Source of the DNA: Squalus acanthias
Lineage: Eukaryota
Direction of reading: 5' to 3'
Assembly (NCBI GenBank): GCA_030390025.1
Contig: CM059438.1
Coordinates: 27,838,001 to 27,902,000, forward strand
Length of the DNA: 64,000 nt
Part shown: in pieces, positions 1 through 13,140 of the stretch
Layout of the letters: every line of letters starts with the position of its first letter
How positions within the stretch are numbered: the first letter of the stretch is position 1
The notes under the pieces: model-generated
Seen by the model: the letters and a program-made list of their open reading frames with translations, nothing else
Databases searched by the model: none
Told to the model about the DNA's origin: nothing
Translations under genes and position numbers: made by a program

Positions 1-792
1 GAGTTCCCTCGTTAACTCCATCCACCCCTTACAAGGAATATGATGGACAGAACCAGTTGTGGTGGATTCCCTAAGCTGGTAGTTCCCACTCCTGCTGTTC
101 ATTTGGGACATGAGAAATTCGGCTCCTTTGCGCCTGTCATTAGCATCTCCGGCGGGGTGCTAATGGAGTGCAAAGGGCTTATCAGCGGGGTGGGGGGGGG
201 CCAGAAAAGCACCTCCCGAGAAATTCGGCGGGGTGTTGCTGAGGCGCTACCCGATAGCGCCGCGCCCCTGCCAGTAGCGTGCCTGGCAGCTACGCCGTCG
301 GCGATAACATCATCATTCGTGCACCACGACCCCTTAGCACCCCACCACAGCCCCTTACTGCCCTGCAGGTCGGTCCTCCAGGTCGGCCCTCCGTGGTGTG
401 CCATGGCGTGGTCTTGGCCACCATTGCGCAGCCCAGCATCGCGTCTCGGCGCCGGGCTGCGGCCGTGGCACCACGCCGCTCTGGTGGCCTAGTGTGGGCC
501 ATCGGAGGTCCTGCAGTGTGTGCAGTGACCCTCCCCTTTGCCTGAAGGGGAGGGATGTTGAAACGCAGCAGCGCTCCGCGGAGCCTCCATGGACCGCTGC
601 CGATCGCGCCCCGACATCGCCTCGGTTACTGCCCCACCAGGAAGTGGAGCGCCCGAGATTGCACTCCACTTCCTGTGCGGGATGGTAAGCCAAATTTAAC
701 GGCCGGGGCGGTACTTCCGCGCCAGGCGCTAAACGTCCGGCCTTAACTCGGTTACCATCCCCAAACAGGACGCAACCGAATTTCGCGTCCAT
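1..792. mobile_element. GC/CpG-rich end of a non-autonomous DNA transposon (PIF/Harbinger-type MITE), truncated by window edge
   Basis: CpG-rich non-coding block ending in accgaatttcgcgtcc, similar to the TIR-like ends of other Harbinger relics here; ORFs are incoherent. Confidence 0.45.
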
Positions 793-949
793 GGTGTTTA
801 TGTGGGGGCCAGTACGCCAAGTGAGTGGAAGTGAACTGGCCTCCAGAATGGAGTATGTGGGCCTCACTGGGATGGCTCAGACCAAGCAAACAGCCTGGAC
901 CTATGAAAAATCAGAAAATTAAAAAAAATATAGCCTTCCTCAAGATGTC

Positions 950-1650
950 GATATGAACATTGGCATGGTTAGGGTAGCGTGGGCAACCTCTGGGCAATTT
1001 TCTGCATTGTCAGGTAGATGCCAGTGTTGTAGCTGCAGTGGAACAGCTTCGCTAGAGGTGCGGCTAGTTCCAGAACGCAGGTCTTCAGCACTACAGTCGG
1101 GATGTTGTCGAGGCCTGTAGCCTTTGCTGTGTCCAACACACTCAGCCGATTTTTGATGTCACGTGGAGTGAATCGAATTGGCTGAAGACTGGCAACTGTG
1201 ATGGCGGGGACCTCAGGAGCAGGTCAACAAGGATCATCCACGCAGTAATTCTGGCTGAAGATGGTTGCAAGCGCTTCAGCCTTGTGTTTTGCTGGGCTCC
1301 ACCATCATTGAGGGTGAGGATGTTCATGGAGCCTTCTCCTCCCATTAATTAGTTCTTAATTGTCCACCACCATTTGGATGTGGCAGGACTGCAGAGATTT
1401 GTCAATAGCATGCTGTTTCTGCTTTTTAGCATGCATGTAGTCCTATGTTGTAGCTTCACCAGGTCGGCACTTCATTTTTGGGTATACCGAGTGATGCTCC
1501 CAGCATTCTCTTCTACACTCCTCCTTGATCCAGGATTGGTCATCTGGCTTGATGGAGGAGCAAGTAATGTGCCAGGCATGAGGTTAAAAATTGTGGTGGT
1601 ATACAATTATACTGCTGCTGATGGCCCACAGTGCCTCATGGATGTCAATT
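950..1650 (-). mobile_element. CR1-clade LINE (family B) internal fragment
   Basis: Reverse-complement homology to the 23.9-24.6 kb part of the family-B copy; ORF 1142..1345 GEGSMNILTLNDGGAQ mirrors GGGSMNIPILNDGGAQ. Confidence 0.85.
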
Positions 1651-2131
1651 GCAAAGGTGATGAAGTTATTGGCCCTGCTGAATAATGCACGTTTGATCTT
1701 GATACATCAATGTATAGCAAACCACAGCAACCAGAAGGACATCCAGCCAAATCCCTGAAAAACAGAAAAGTACTTATCTGCAGGGCTGCGGTATGCCATC
1801 CTTTAATTCCCCCGATTCTCCGATTATGGAGGAGCTGGGCGCAAGATTTCCTTCTTCTGTGCGCCCCTTAAGTGGAAGCAGTCAATACCTCCCTGCCAGG
1901 GGAACATCAAGGGGGTACTAGGGACTTGTTGTCATGGGGTTTCTGCCCCTATTTAGTGCCCACGGAATAAGCACACGTCAGGCACTAATCATGGAAAACT
2001 GACCCCAAGAAATAATCGCTGTCTTACTTCTAAAACCCTGCTTTATAAAACAGAGGGTGGTGTTTGGTAGGCATATTCAGCCATTGCAGGTTAGCACCTA
2101 ATAGTGATAGTTGGCTAATTAGATATTGTAA

Positions 2132-5100
2132 GTAGTAAAGGGGGTAAAAGTAGGAATAAATTGTCACAAAACATATTTAAAAGTTCTTTATCTGAATGCA
2201 CGCAGCATTCGTAACAAAATAGACGAGTTGACGGTACAAATAACTACGTATGGGTATGATCTTGTGGCCATTACACAAACATGGCTGCAGGGTGACAACG
2301 ACTGGGAATTAAATATGCCAGGGTATTTAACAATCAGGAAGGACAGGCAGGAAGGAAGAGGAGGTGGGGTGACTATGTTAATAAAGGAAGGAATCACTGT
2401 ATTACAGAGAAATGATATTGGGTCAAAGGATCAGGATAATGAAACAGTTTGGGTGGAGATAAGGAATAATAAAGGGAAAAAAACACTAGTGGGAGTAGTA
2501 TATAGGCCTCCTAATAGTTGCAACTCTGCTGGAAGAAGTATTAATCAGGAAATAGTTGGGGCATGTAATAAGGGAACAGCTATAATTATAAGAACATAAG
2601 AACATAAGAAATAGGAGCAGGAGTAGGCCAATTGGCCCCTCGAGCCTGCTCCGCCATTCAATAAGATCATGGCTGATCTGATCCTAACCGCCAATCTACT
2701 ATCACAGAACCTAATGGGGGATTTTAACTATCATATTAACTGGACAAATCAAATTGGGCAGGGCAGCCTTGAGGAAGAGTTTATTGAGTGTATTAGGGAT
2801 GGATTTCTTGAGCAGTATGTAACTGATCCTACAAGGGGGCAAGCAACCTTGGACCTGGTCCTGTGTAATGAGTCAGGATTAATTAATAATGTCCTAGTTA
2901 AGGTTCCCCTTGGAATGAGTGACCATAACATGGTTGAATTCCATATCCAATTAGAGGGTGAGAAGGTTGGTTCTCAAACAAGCGTACTGAGCTTGAATAA
3001 AGGAGACTATGATGGTATGAGAGCGGAATTGATTAAACTGGACTGGGAAAATAGATTAAAGGGTAAGATGGTACATGAGCAGTGGTGTTCATTTAAGGAG
3101 TTATTTTACAACTTTCAAAAAATATATATTCCACTGAGGAAAAAAGGGTGTAAAAGAAATGACAGCCATCCGTGGCTAAGTAAAGAAATTAAGGATAGTA
3201 TCCAACTAAAAACAAGGACATATAAGGTAGCCAAACTTAGTGGGAGGATAGAAGATTGGGAAGTCTTCAAAAGACAGCAAAAAGTAACTAAAGGATTGAT
3301 TAAGAAAGGGAAGATAGATTATGAAAATAAATTAGCAAAAAATATAAAAACAGATAGCAAGAGTTTCTATAGTTATATAAAAAGAAAAAGGATGGCCAAG
3401 GCAAACGTAGGTCCCTTAGAGGATGAGACCGGGAAATTAATGGTGGGAAACATGGAGATGGCAAAAATGCTGAACAAATATTTTGTTTCAGTCTTTACGG
3501 TAGAGGACAATAAGAATATCCCAACACTGGACAAACAGGGGGCTCTAGTGGGGGAGGAGCTAAATACAATTAAAATCACTAAGGAATTGGTACTCAGTAA
3601 AATAATGGGACTCAAGGCGGATAAACCCCCTGGACCTGATGGCTTACATCCTAGGGTCTTGAGGGAAGTGGCAGTAGGGATTGTGGATGCTTTGGTAATA
3701 ATTTTCCAAAATTCCCTGGACTCAACAAAGGTCCTGGCAGATTGGAAAACTGCTAATGTAACACCCTTATTTAAAAAGGGTAGTAGGCAGAAGGCTGGAA
3801 ATTATAGACCAGTTAGCCTAACATCTGTGGTGGGTAAAATTTTGGAGTCTGTTATTAAGGAGACAGTAACGGAACATTTAGATAAACATAATTTAATAGG
3901 ACAAAGTCAGCATGGCTTTATGAAGGGGAAGTCATGTCTGACAAATTTGCTTGAGTTCTTTGAGGACATAACGTACAGGGTGGATAAAGGGGAACCAATG
4001 GACGTAGTGTATTTAGACTTCCAGAAGGCATTCGACAAGGTGCCACATAAAAGATTATTGCTCAAGATAAAAAATCACTGGATTGGGGGGAATATTCTGG
4101 CATGGGTGGAGGATTGGTTATCTAACAGGAAGCAGAGAGTTGGGATCATTGGTTCATTCTCGGACTGGCAACCAGTAGCCAGTGGTGTTCCGCAGGGGTC
4201 GGTGCTGGGTCCCCAACTCTTTACAATCTATATTAACAATTTGGAGGAGGGGACCGAGTGTAACATATTAAAGTTTGCAGATGATACAAAGATGGGAGGG
4301 AAAGTAGAAAGTGAGGAGGACATAAAAAACCTACAAGGGGATATAGACAGGCTGGGTGAGTGGGCGGAGATTTGGCAGATGCAATACAATATTGGAAAAT
4401 GTGAGGTTATGCACTTTGGCAGGAAAAATCAGAGAGCAAGTTATTATCTTAATGGCGAGAAACTGGAAAGTACTGCAGTACAAAGGGATCTGGGGGGTCC
4501 TAGTGCAAGAAAATCAAAAAGTTAGTATGCAGGTGCAGCAGGTGATCAAGAAGGCCAATGGAATGTTGGCTTTTATTGCTAGGGGGATAGATTATAAAAA
4601 CAGGGAGGTATTGCTGCAGTTATATAAGGTATTGGTGAGACCACACCTGGAATACTGCATACAGTTTTGGTGTCCATACTTAAGAAAAGACATACTTGCT
4701 CTCGAGGCAGTACAAAGAAGGTTCACTCGGTTAATCCCGGGGATGAGGGGGTGGACATATGAGGAGAGGTTGAGTAGATTGGGACTCTACTCATTGGAGT
4801 TCAGAAGAATGAGAGGCGATCTTATTGAAACATATAAGATTGTGAAGGGGCTTGATCGGGTGGATGCGGTAAGGATGTTCCCAAGGATGGGTGAAACTAG
4901 AACTCGGGGGCATAATCTTAGAATAAGGGGCTGCTCTTTCAAAACTGAGATGAGGAGAAACTTCTTCACTCAGAGGGTAGTAGGTCTGTGGAATTTGCTG
5001 CCCCAGGAAGCTGTGGAAGCTACATCATTAAATAAATTTAAAACAGAAATAGACAGTTTCCTAGAAATAAAGGGAATTAGGGGTTACGGGGAGCGGGCAG

Positions 5101-5317
5101 GAAATTGGACATGAGGCTGAGTTCGGATCGGTCGAGGCCCTGTGGGTGGCGTAGCGGGCCCAGGGGCTGAGTGGCCAGGTCCTGCTCCTACTTCTTGTGT
5201 TCTTTAGATTTGAGGTGAGGATCAGATCAGCCATGATCTTATTGAATGGCGGAGCAGGCTCGAAGGGCCGATTGGCCTACTCCTACTCCTATTTCTTATG
5301 TTCTTATGTTCTTATGT
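2132..5317 (+). mobile_element. Young CR1-clade LINE (family A): ORF2 (APE endonuclease + RT), 5'-truncated, with (TTCTTATG)n tail
   Basis: LYLNARSIRNK, VAITQTW, VYRPP, MGDFN, LDLVL, SDHN (APE); NYRPVSLTS, QHGF, YLDFQKAFDKV, GVPQGSVLGP, KFADD (RT); C-terminal RLGLYSLE..RGDLIE. Lesions: ~120 nt insertion at ~2588-2711 and +1 frameshift in G-run 4492-4497. Confidence 0.95.
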
Positions 5318-8300
5318 AACATTTAAGGTACGGCATGCAAACATACAAAATTGGCGGGCAGCAAAAAAACCAAGCCTGCCCCACAAACCATGATGACTGG
5401 AGCATGATTACTAGACACCTCCCCCCTCCCCCCGCCCCCCCACCCTCACCCGCAACCATGTAATCTCCTGGGAGGGGCAAAACTTGTACAAGGCGTGCAC
5501 TAAATTTTGATACATTTGGCACAACTGGAGTAAAGGGGAATAAACTTATTCCCCACTGAGTGCTTGTTTTTAATCTTAGTTATTTGGATTTGAATTTCAA
5601 CCATCATTGTGGAAGTGATTTCCGTTCCACTGCAGGCAGTCAGTCTTTCTCAATTTTATTGTGTAAAGTTCAACTGGTTACCATCTCATAGCAAGGGTCT
5701 CCCCCTGAGAATCATTCTCCTTACCATACCTAAGTCTCTGCTACTGGTCCGTGTAATCTAAGGTCTCCATCTGTGTTCACATGTGTATTTATTGGCTACG
5801 ACCCCAGACCTGAGCCCCCCACCCACCCCCCACCTTTTATTTTTTGATCACTACCTGACCATGCTCTGCTCTCCATCAGCTCCTTCCACCTCCCCCCTTC
5901 TTGATATGCATGGCGGCGGCCACACGCCTTTCCAGAAATTCATTTCTGTGTTGTATTATTTGAAAGAGCAGTAAATCTACCTGTCCACTCCAACAGCAGA
6001 TGGAGCAGGAAATCATGTTCCAATTGTGGATTTTTTTTTCAAATCATGTCAAAATGCTGATGCACTGAAAAAAAAAATCAACATTTTTTAAACTGAAGCA
6101 GTCAAATTTAGATGTGTTTGTCACTTTCACAAGAATGCATGTTGAAATAGTTTGCTGGTTTGTGTCACTTATGCAATATCTTTAGGTAAATACGTGACAA
6201 CATCTGCCTTCATATTTAATTAGTTTCAATGGTTAGAAAAGGTTACAAAAATAGGTGGCTAATTATGAGACTAATCCCTCCCCCTAATTGTAATACGCCT
6301 CCAGTGCCTGGAAAATGGTTGTTGAGAACTAGGTGGGAAGCATAATTGGCCAGGAAGCCAGGATAATTAATACCTGGGCCTAGTTTACATCTAAGAATCC
6401 AATATTGAGAGTTGTAGCCTTCAGGGAGGTACCATGCAAAGCATCCAAACAAACTTTACCCTTTTCTAGTCAATTGTAGAAAAGCCCCCTGGACACAATT
6501 TTGAATGGCACACAAATAGCTTGATATATGGCATCTAAAATGTTGAAAGCTCTGCTCTGAACCTACAATATCACCAGAGCTTACATGTATTCTGCATTGG
6601 ATAGTACTTACACAAGGACGGCTGTGAAACTGACCACAGAATGGCTGTCTGTGATGCTCTGCTAGTTTTTAACATCTGAATGTCTTGTATGCGCATCAAG
6701 GAAATGGCTATTCAAAACCCACCAGGAGTAAATAGGTGCAGGCAGGCGACTGAGCCAATGTAAGGAGCTAACCATTGGCATAATTGGCCCTGAGTCCATG
6801 GAAGAAGTAGGAGAGGAAGAGTATACTCCTTTTCTTGCTCTCATTGTTACCCTTGCTCACTCTTTCACTTAGTAACACAGAGGCATATATTGCACAACAG
6901 TAGCATAGCATATAATATATTGATATCTTACCTCTGTTCCAAGGCACATCTTCCTTTTCTCCTCCTACAGGTGCTTCCCAAGATGGTGACAGACAGAAAC
7001 AGAACATTTCACAGCATGTAGCATCATGTATTCCACTTGCCACAAGCACCATCACAGATTCAAGCACCCCAGGCATTTAGATAATGAGTGTGAGGAAGGA
7101 GCACTAGGTGAAGCAAGCGAACAAGTGGAGGTGCCAGCAGGGAAACAGCAAGCAGCTGCCCAGGCTTCCAGCTGGGGCATTCCTTAGCTGCATGGACAAA
7201 TGATTGATTCCCTACTGGGCCTGCCTTCAAAAGACCAAAAGGTCTTTATGGCATCCACTGGGGCAGCATGGAACAGCCTACAAGGGTTATCAGTGAGTGT
7301 ACATAAGTGAACCTCTGTAGCAATTTGTAAACGATTTTTACAACTGCAGAGCATCTTGAAGCTAGTGGTTACTTCATGGGGACCTGCAGGAGAGCCCCAC
7401 AGGACAAAGGGACCATGCCCAGTTCAGCTTCTATCATGGACACTGGTGACTGGGATAACAAAGAACTTGGGCTTCAACGTACGATCTGCTGCTGCCAGAT
7501 CATAAAGGCATGTCTGTGGTCTTCACAATCCTTAGTGGTGCCTTATTATCAGGCAGATCGTAGGATGCCTTGCAGGGGTACCTAGCACATGGGGCATGGC
7601 AGGAGGAGGAACAGGTGAGGTGTTTTCTCTCCTGCTACCATACATGCTCATCCCACGTAGGGATTATTTAGGCATAATAATAAGGCAATCACTAGGAGAA
7701 GCACACTTTATTGGGTCACCAAGGGGAGACACAGTGGTAAGCAATAAAGGAACATCACTATATAAGGATTACCCAATAACATTGGAGAACTTTATTTGTC
7801 TTAGTGTGACTGTTTCTGTAGGGAAGGGCAATGTTAAAATTACAACTGATAGGATGGTATAAAATGATAGTGTAAGCTACAATAGATGGTCATTTCTGCA
7901 TGTTGTTCTAGGTACACTATGTGGTGCTTCATTTATCTGCAATACGTGTTACAGGTGCCAGTCTGAAAATTACGAGAAACAGTTATCAATATTTCCTCCC
8001 GTATTTTCTGTTATTCTTGGGGTTTTGAACACTAACTTCCTTTCCCCAATGGCTTTATTTCTGTTTTGTTGAACATGAGCAATGAAGTGTTCGAATCCTG
8101 AAGCTCTCTGCCACTAGGGTCATCAAACAGCCAACAGTATTCATTCTCCGTTAGATCATTGACCGTAGCAGTACAAACTGGCTGAAATCTAACTTGCCTG
8201 TTGTTTATCAGCATGTTGGTATATCAGGGCCGACTGAGCAATCCCAGAAAAAACAGCCGCTGGGAGTACTGCGCAAGCCCAAATCCCACATCAGCGCACC

Positions 8301-8589
8301 AATGAGCCAACCTGGCTGGATGATGCAAAGCCAGCTCATGGATATCATTTAAATATGCTCTCTGTATAGCTTGAGCCTTGTGGAGGAAATGTAATAAATG
8401 GGGCCCTGTAGTATTGCAAGCATTAAAGGTAAGTAGCTGTGTGTATGAGGATAAATATTTCTAAAAGTTAGAAAATGCAGCACAACAGTTTTTCGGACTT
8501 TTTCAAAAATTTGACAGGTGGTCATGAAGAAATGGCTGGTGAGGGTGAAAGGAGTCCGTGGACAGATGTCAGATTGGTGCTACATCAGA

Positions 8590-8790
8590 CCTCACTGGTT
8601 GGTGACCTGAACATTCAATGGGTGTGAGGAAGCTTGCCCTATTTGGCACACCAATGTTCACCCTCCACAGAGGACCACAGTGCTCCATTTGTGGAAGGAG
8701 ATAGTGGCCAGGCTGAATGCTGTCTACAGTATCTAAAGGTCCTGGGAAAAGATGGCACACTTTAAGGAATCTGGTAAATGAAGACTAACC
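8590..8790 (+). mobile_element. Degraded Myb/SANT-like (Harbinger DNA-binding gene) fragment
   Basis: Reads LWKEIVARLNAV then RSW..RWH across frameshifts; resembles the Myb/SANT exon at 11.2-11.5 kb. Confidence 0.5.
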
Positions 8791-10129
8791 AGGAATATCA
8801 TGAACTAGGTAGATGGTACATGCAACCACGTATAGAGTGTTACCCTGTTCCACGTTTACTACTCACCCACGCCAAGCTCTCATACAAGCTTACAGGACTT
8901 TCATTGCATTTCATACATTTCCATACCTCAACAAAGCCCACTATCAAAATACAATGTACAATTGAAAGGCTTGTCACACTCACATCTCCCAAGGGTTCAG
9001 TTTTGGTACATGGTAGCCATCAGTGATACCTGTACTTTGGGAAAAGCACCTGTACAGTGAAAGTGGACAGTCTTGTCATTGCTAGTCTTTGAGAAAAGAG
9101 ATGGAAGTGCTGGCCATGCTGACCTCTGCATCAAGTCACCTTTTTGAACCATACTTGGACAGCACAGTACCCAATATTACAGCGCCAGCTGGGAATGACC
9201 TTGCCAACCTGTAGTAGTGCCATTCCTGTATTGCAAGTTGTTTTGAGATAGTTGTTGTTGAAGATAACAAATCCCTGTCCCACTAACCCAGAGAAAGCTG
9301 AGGAGACTATCTTAGCTCATTATCAGGTCGGTGTACCAAGGTCTGCAGAATGTTCTCGTGCCTGCTGATCTCCCTGGCAAGCCTTATTTCAAGTCTTACT
9401 TATTACTGTCTAAATCATGAAATACTCTATTTGAATCGCATTAAAAACAAGCTTACCTTACAGAGTATAAAAAATGGTCATCAAAGTTTTTCTGAAAATT
9501 AATATTAATAAAGAAATCAGAAATGTCAAAGAAAATTAACAACAGAAACACTGCATCAATAGATACTGTAACCATTGCTAAAATAAACACACACAAAGGC
9601 TACTTTAGATGTGAAGGAACCTAATTAAGCTAACAAAGCATGATTGTAATAAACTAACACAATTAAGGCCGAAAGAGAAATGGAAAATTAGTAAAAGAAA
9701 AGGGATGATCTCAGCCCAACAATGTAGGGAACGCAGCCTTGGGAAGTACAGATAAGAATTGGGACCCTTAGTTGTCACAGTTTTATGTCGAAACCAGACA
9801 TGTGACATCTACTGAGTCAGTATGAGTGACGGTTGCAGACAAAGAAACTATACAAGTAGGTGTGTTTCATGAAAGGTATAAATATGTAATGAAATCTTCT
9901 GTTAGGTGAACTCAGCATTAGGAACAACCTCGACTGGTGATGCACCTGGCCCCCGGAGAACTTTGCAGAACTTCTAGGGCCTTGTATCTGAGAGCTGATT
10001 CTACAAATGCATCGTCCTAGCATGGAACCTCGCTTGCCAGGAGTCGCAGGTCCATGTATCTTCTCAATATGCACTTCCAGCAGTCGAAGCCCCAAACCAG
10101 GAATATTCGACCCACAGAGTCACATTCTC

Positions 10130-10560
10130 CTTTTACTTTGCATATAATTGCATTTAGTCTTTTAGCTGTTTAACGGACCTTGATGCAGGCTCTCAATGTC
10201 AGCTTCTTGTAAGGTTCTCTTCCTAGTACCATTCTTCTCAATAACTGTTCCGTTTCTGTATAGGCTTTTTTCTGGAGTTGCATATGATTATTATGCCCAT
10301 GGTCCCAATTGTTGAAAATGTATCTTTCATAGGTGTCATTAGTCTCTTCAAAACAGAATTGGTGAGAACAACATCATTGTCAGGTTTGTCTTTCTCTGAT
10401 AACAATCTAAAGACCAGCTACTATTTTCAGGGCCTTTCTGCCAATACTGATAACTAATGAAGCAGTTCTGACAGCTTCTCGCTGCTTAATGAGACACAAT
10501 GCAATCTTATAGTTGTCTACATTCTCCAAAAGCTCGAACATATTCTCCTAACGATTTTAC
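10130..10560 (-). mobile_element. Probable Gypsy/Ty3 gag relic
   Basis: Frameshifted minus-strand peptides RTASLVISIGRKALKI, ETNDTYERYIFNN and KLTLRACI resemble Gypsy gag motifs. Confidence 0.45.
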
Positions 10561-10912
10561 AATTGCTTGCTAGATTTCCTGCCATTAATAGTTTTGCTGG
10601 AAATCTTGGCCTGGAGTTTCCACTCGGTTGCGTTGGTTTTGTCGGCACAATACGCCCGAAATCGGCTAAAACCAACGCAAAAGATTGCATAATTTTAAGC
10701 ATTCAGTGCGACTCGGGTTTCCGCGATCTTTTGCACTAGCTTAAAAAGCATCACGCTAGATGCTAGCCCCGCCCACAAAACTGGCCACGCCCTCAGATCG
10801 AATTAATCACCATCATGAGTTTCGGCTAATTGCGGGCCTTCGAGGAGGCTCTAAAAATTAAGTCTTTTTTTTTTAGGCACAAGGACACTAATAGGCATAT
10901 TTTAAAAGCTAA

Positions 10913-13140
10913 GGAGGGAGAAATTGGCTAACCCCTGAAAACGGATGTGGGGATCGTGGTACGTGATTAACCTGCGGCCCGCTCATTGTGTTGCAGGCAG
11001 GACGTTAAATTTGTGCTGCCTGCTCTTTTAAATAATTGCTGCGGTCAGTCAGCGCTCCCCTCGCTGTTCATTGGCCACACGCATCAGCAGGGGTTTGATA
11101 TCGCGAGTGGCTAGCGCTACTTAAAGGCCGCCTACATCTCTTAAATGGGTGGTGCATTGTGGCTGCAAGAAGTGGTGGGAGTTTTTTCAAAAGTCAATCT
11201 GAGCTGTGATACTTTGAGCAACGGCTGAACCTGTGAGAGAGCGAGCACCAGGGATTTCAGACAATGCACTGGCGGTCTTGGTGGAAGATGTGGAAAGAAG
11301 AGAGACATCTTGTATCTGCAAGAGGGAAGGAGGCTCTTCAGACATATGCTCAGGCAGCATTGGAACAAGTAGCGGCCGAGGTCAATGCCAGGAGTATTGC
11401 TCCAAGAACATGGATGCAGTGCAGGAAGGAGTTCAACCACCTGAAATGAGTTGTCAAGGTGAGTGAGTTCAGCTCCAAATGACATATCCTACCAACTGCA
11501 CCACTAGCCTCATCCACTGCTCAATTCTCTACAACCCCATCACCCACCTACCAACAATCTCTATCAATCAGTACTCAAGCCTAAAATTCATATGCTTTAC
11601 CTCCCCCTCACACGCTTAGCACTGTTGCAAGCCTCGCACCTACAACTCACAGCTCGCACACACTGGCAGCTATTCAACCATGACAGCCACATCATCCAAA
11701 CATATTGCAGGACACTCACTGACACACTTCCTTCTTTCTTGCAGGAGAAGGTGGCATGTAACAGCAGGCAGCAGGGAAGAACTGGAGGAGGATAAGCGCG
11801 CCTGCATGTTTTAAGCCCTATGGAGGAGACAGTGCTGGCCATCATGGGAATCGGCATTACTGAGGCCGTGGCCACTGGCGGGGCTGGAGGAATCAAAGAT
11901 GAGGGTATCCTCATACATAATCCTCCTTCTTGCATCCCACTTCTCTCTCATTGCACAATCTCTTCTGATTCACAAGCTGCAGATGGTGCAAGCACGCACT
12001 TCTTACTTTCTCCTCTCCCCTCACCACAACCCAACCCTTGACCCTTTTTCATTTCAGCTACCTAAGAACTGGAACCTTCTCAGGCAGGGAGGAAGAGGAA
12101 TAAGATAGTGAAGATGAAGAGACACCAGCTCAGAGACTGACCCTGCTCGTATTTTAGGGCTAGGATAGAGGAGGGATCTGCACGTGGTGAGACACCAGGC
12201 ACAAGTGCATAGGAACCAGAGCGGGGTGAAAGGATAGCGCAGGTGCCAGCTCGCCAGTGGGCGAGATGTTGCTTATATTTCCAACAGCAGCCTGGAAGGA
12301 GCCAGATGCATAAAAGTTAAGAGCCACGGTCACCTTGACATCCATAGGCAATGCTGTCCTTGCCCTACTTTGAGGTTGCAGTTATGATTGCAGCAGTTGG
12401 CAGATTTCAGTCACAACCTCTTTCATGAAGCGAAGATGTCTCAAGCACTGGTCCTCACTGAAGTTGAGGTAAGAGGATTGCTCCCTAAAGACCCTCGGTG
12501 GATATGGCCTCCTGCAGAGAGCTCTTCTCCCCTCCTCGTCCTCCCTCTTCTAGCAGCATTTCCTGCTCTACATGGCCTCTCTTCATTCTCCCAGTCATGC
12601 TCAATTCCCATGCCTGGAAGCAACTTATTTCAACACAAGCTTTTAAATCAACAAAAAAGTACTTCAGCACCAGCCAGACCACTCCCTGTTGACTATTCAA
12701 ACTTTATGCAAGTATAGGAAAGCTCCAAAAAGACGTACAATTGCACCAGCAGCCAAAAGAAATAATCCAGCAACTAACCTGTGTGTAGTTCATGACCCCT
12801 GTAAATAGCAGTGGTAGGGGGGGTCCTTCATTCCGTTTAACATCGTGTTCGGCTGTGCGAGGTTAAGACAGGGCGTAGGCTGGAGCAAGGCACCGCTGGT
12901 GGCAAATTAGCGTTGCACACAGATTGACGTCATAATCTGCCTGCTCTGCATGTAGCCGGCGGTCGTTAGGTGCGCGCGGGCAAACCCCTTTACCAGGATG
13001 ACATTGGAATCTTGGTAAAGGGGTTTACACACGCACACTCCCGTTGGAAGTGTGCTTGTGCATCTCGGACGCCATTTTTGAGCATTAGGAGACTGCGTAG
13101 TGCCTAAAAAACAGGTGCTACAGAGCCTAATTTCTCACCC
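10913..13140. mobile_element. Internally deleted PIF/Harbinger transposon with convergent Myb/SANT gene (+) and HARBI1-type transposase (-)
   Basis: Imperfect TIRs ggagggagaaatt / aatttctcaccc; + RERAPGISDNALAVLVEDVERR..EQVAAEVNARSIAPRTWMQCRKEFNHL, intron 11459-11744, EKVACNSRQQGRTGGG; - VKVTVALNFYASGSFQ at ~12260-12350. Confidence 0.85.

Noticed and set aside
1-870. CpG island or promoter with several ORFs
   Set aside because: Ends in a TIR-like sequence, sits among transposons, and the ORFs are GC-rich noise.
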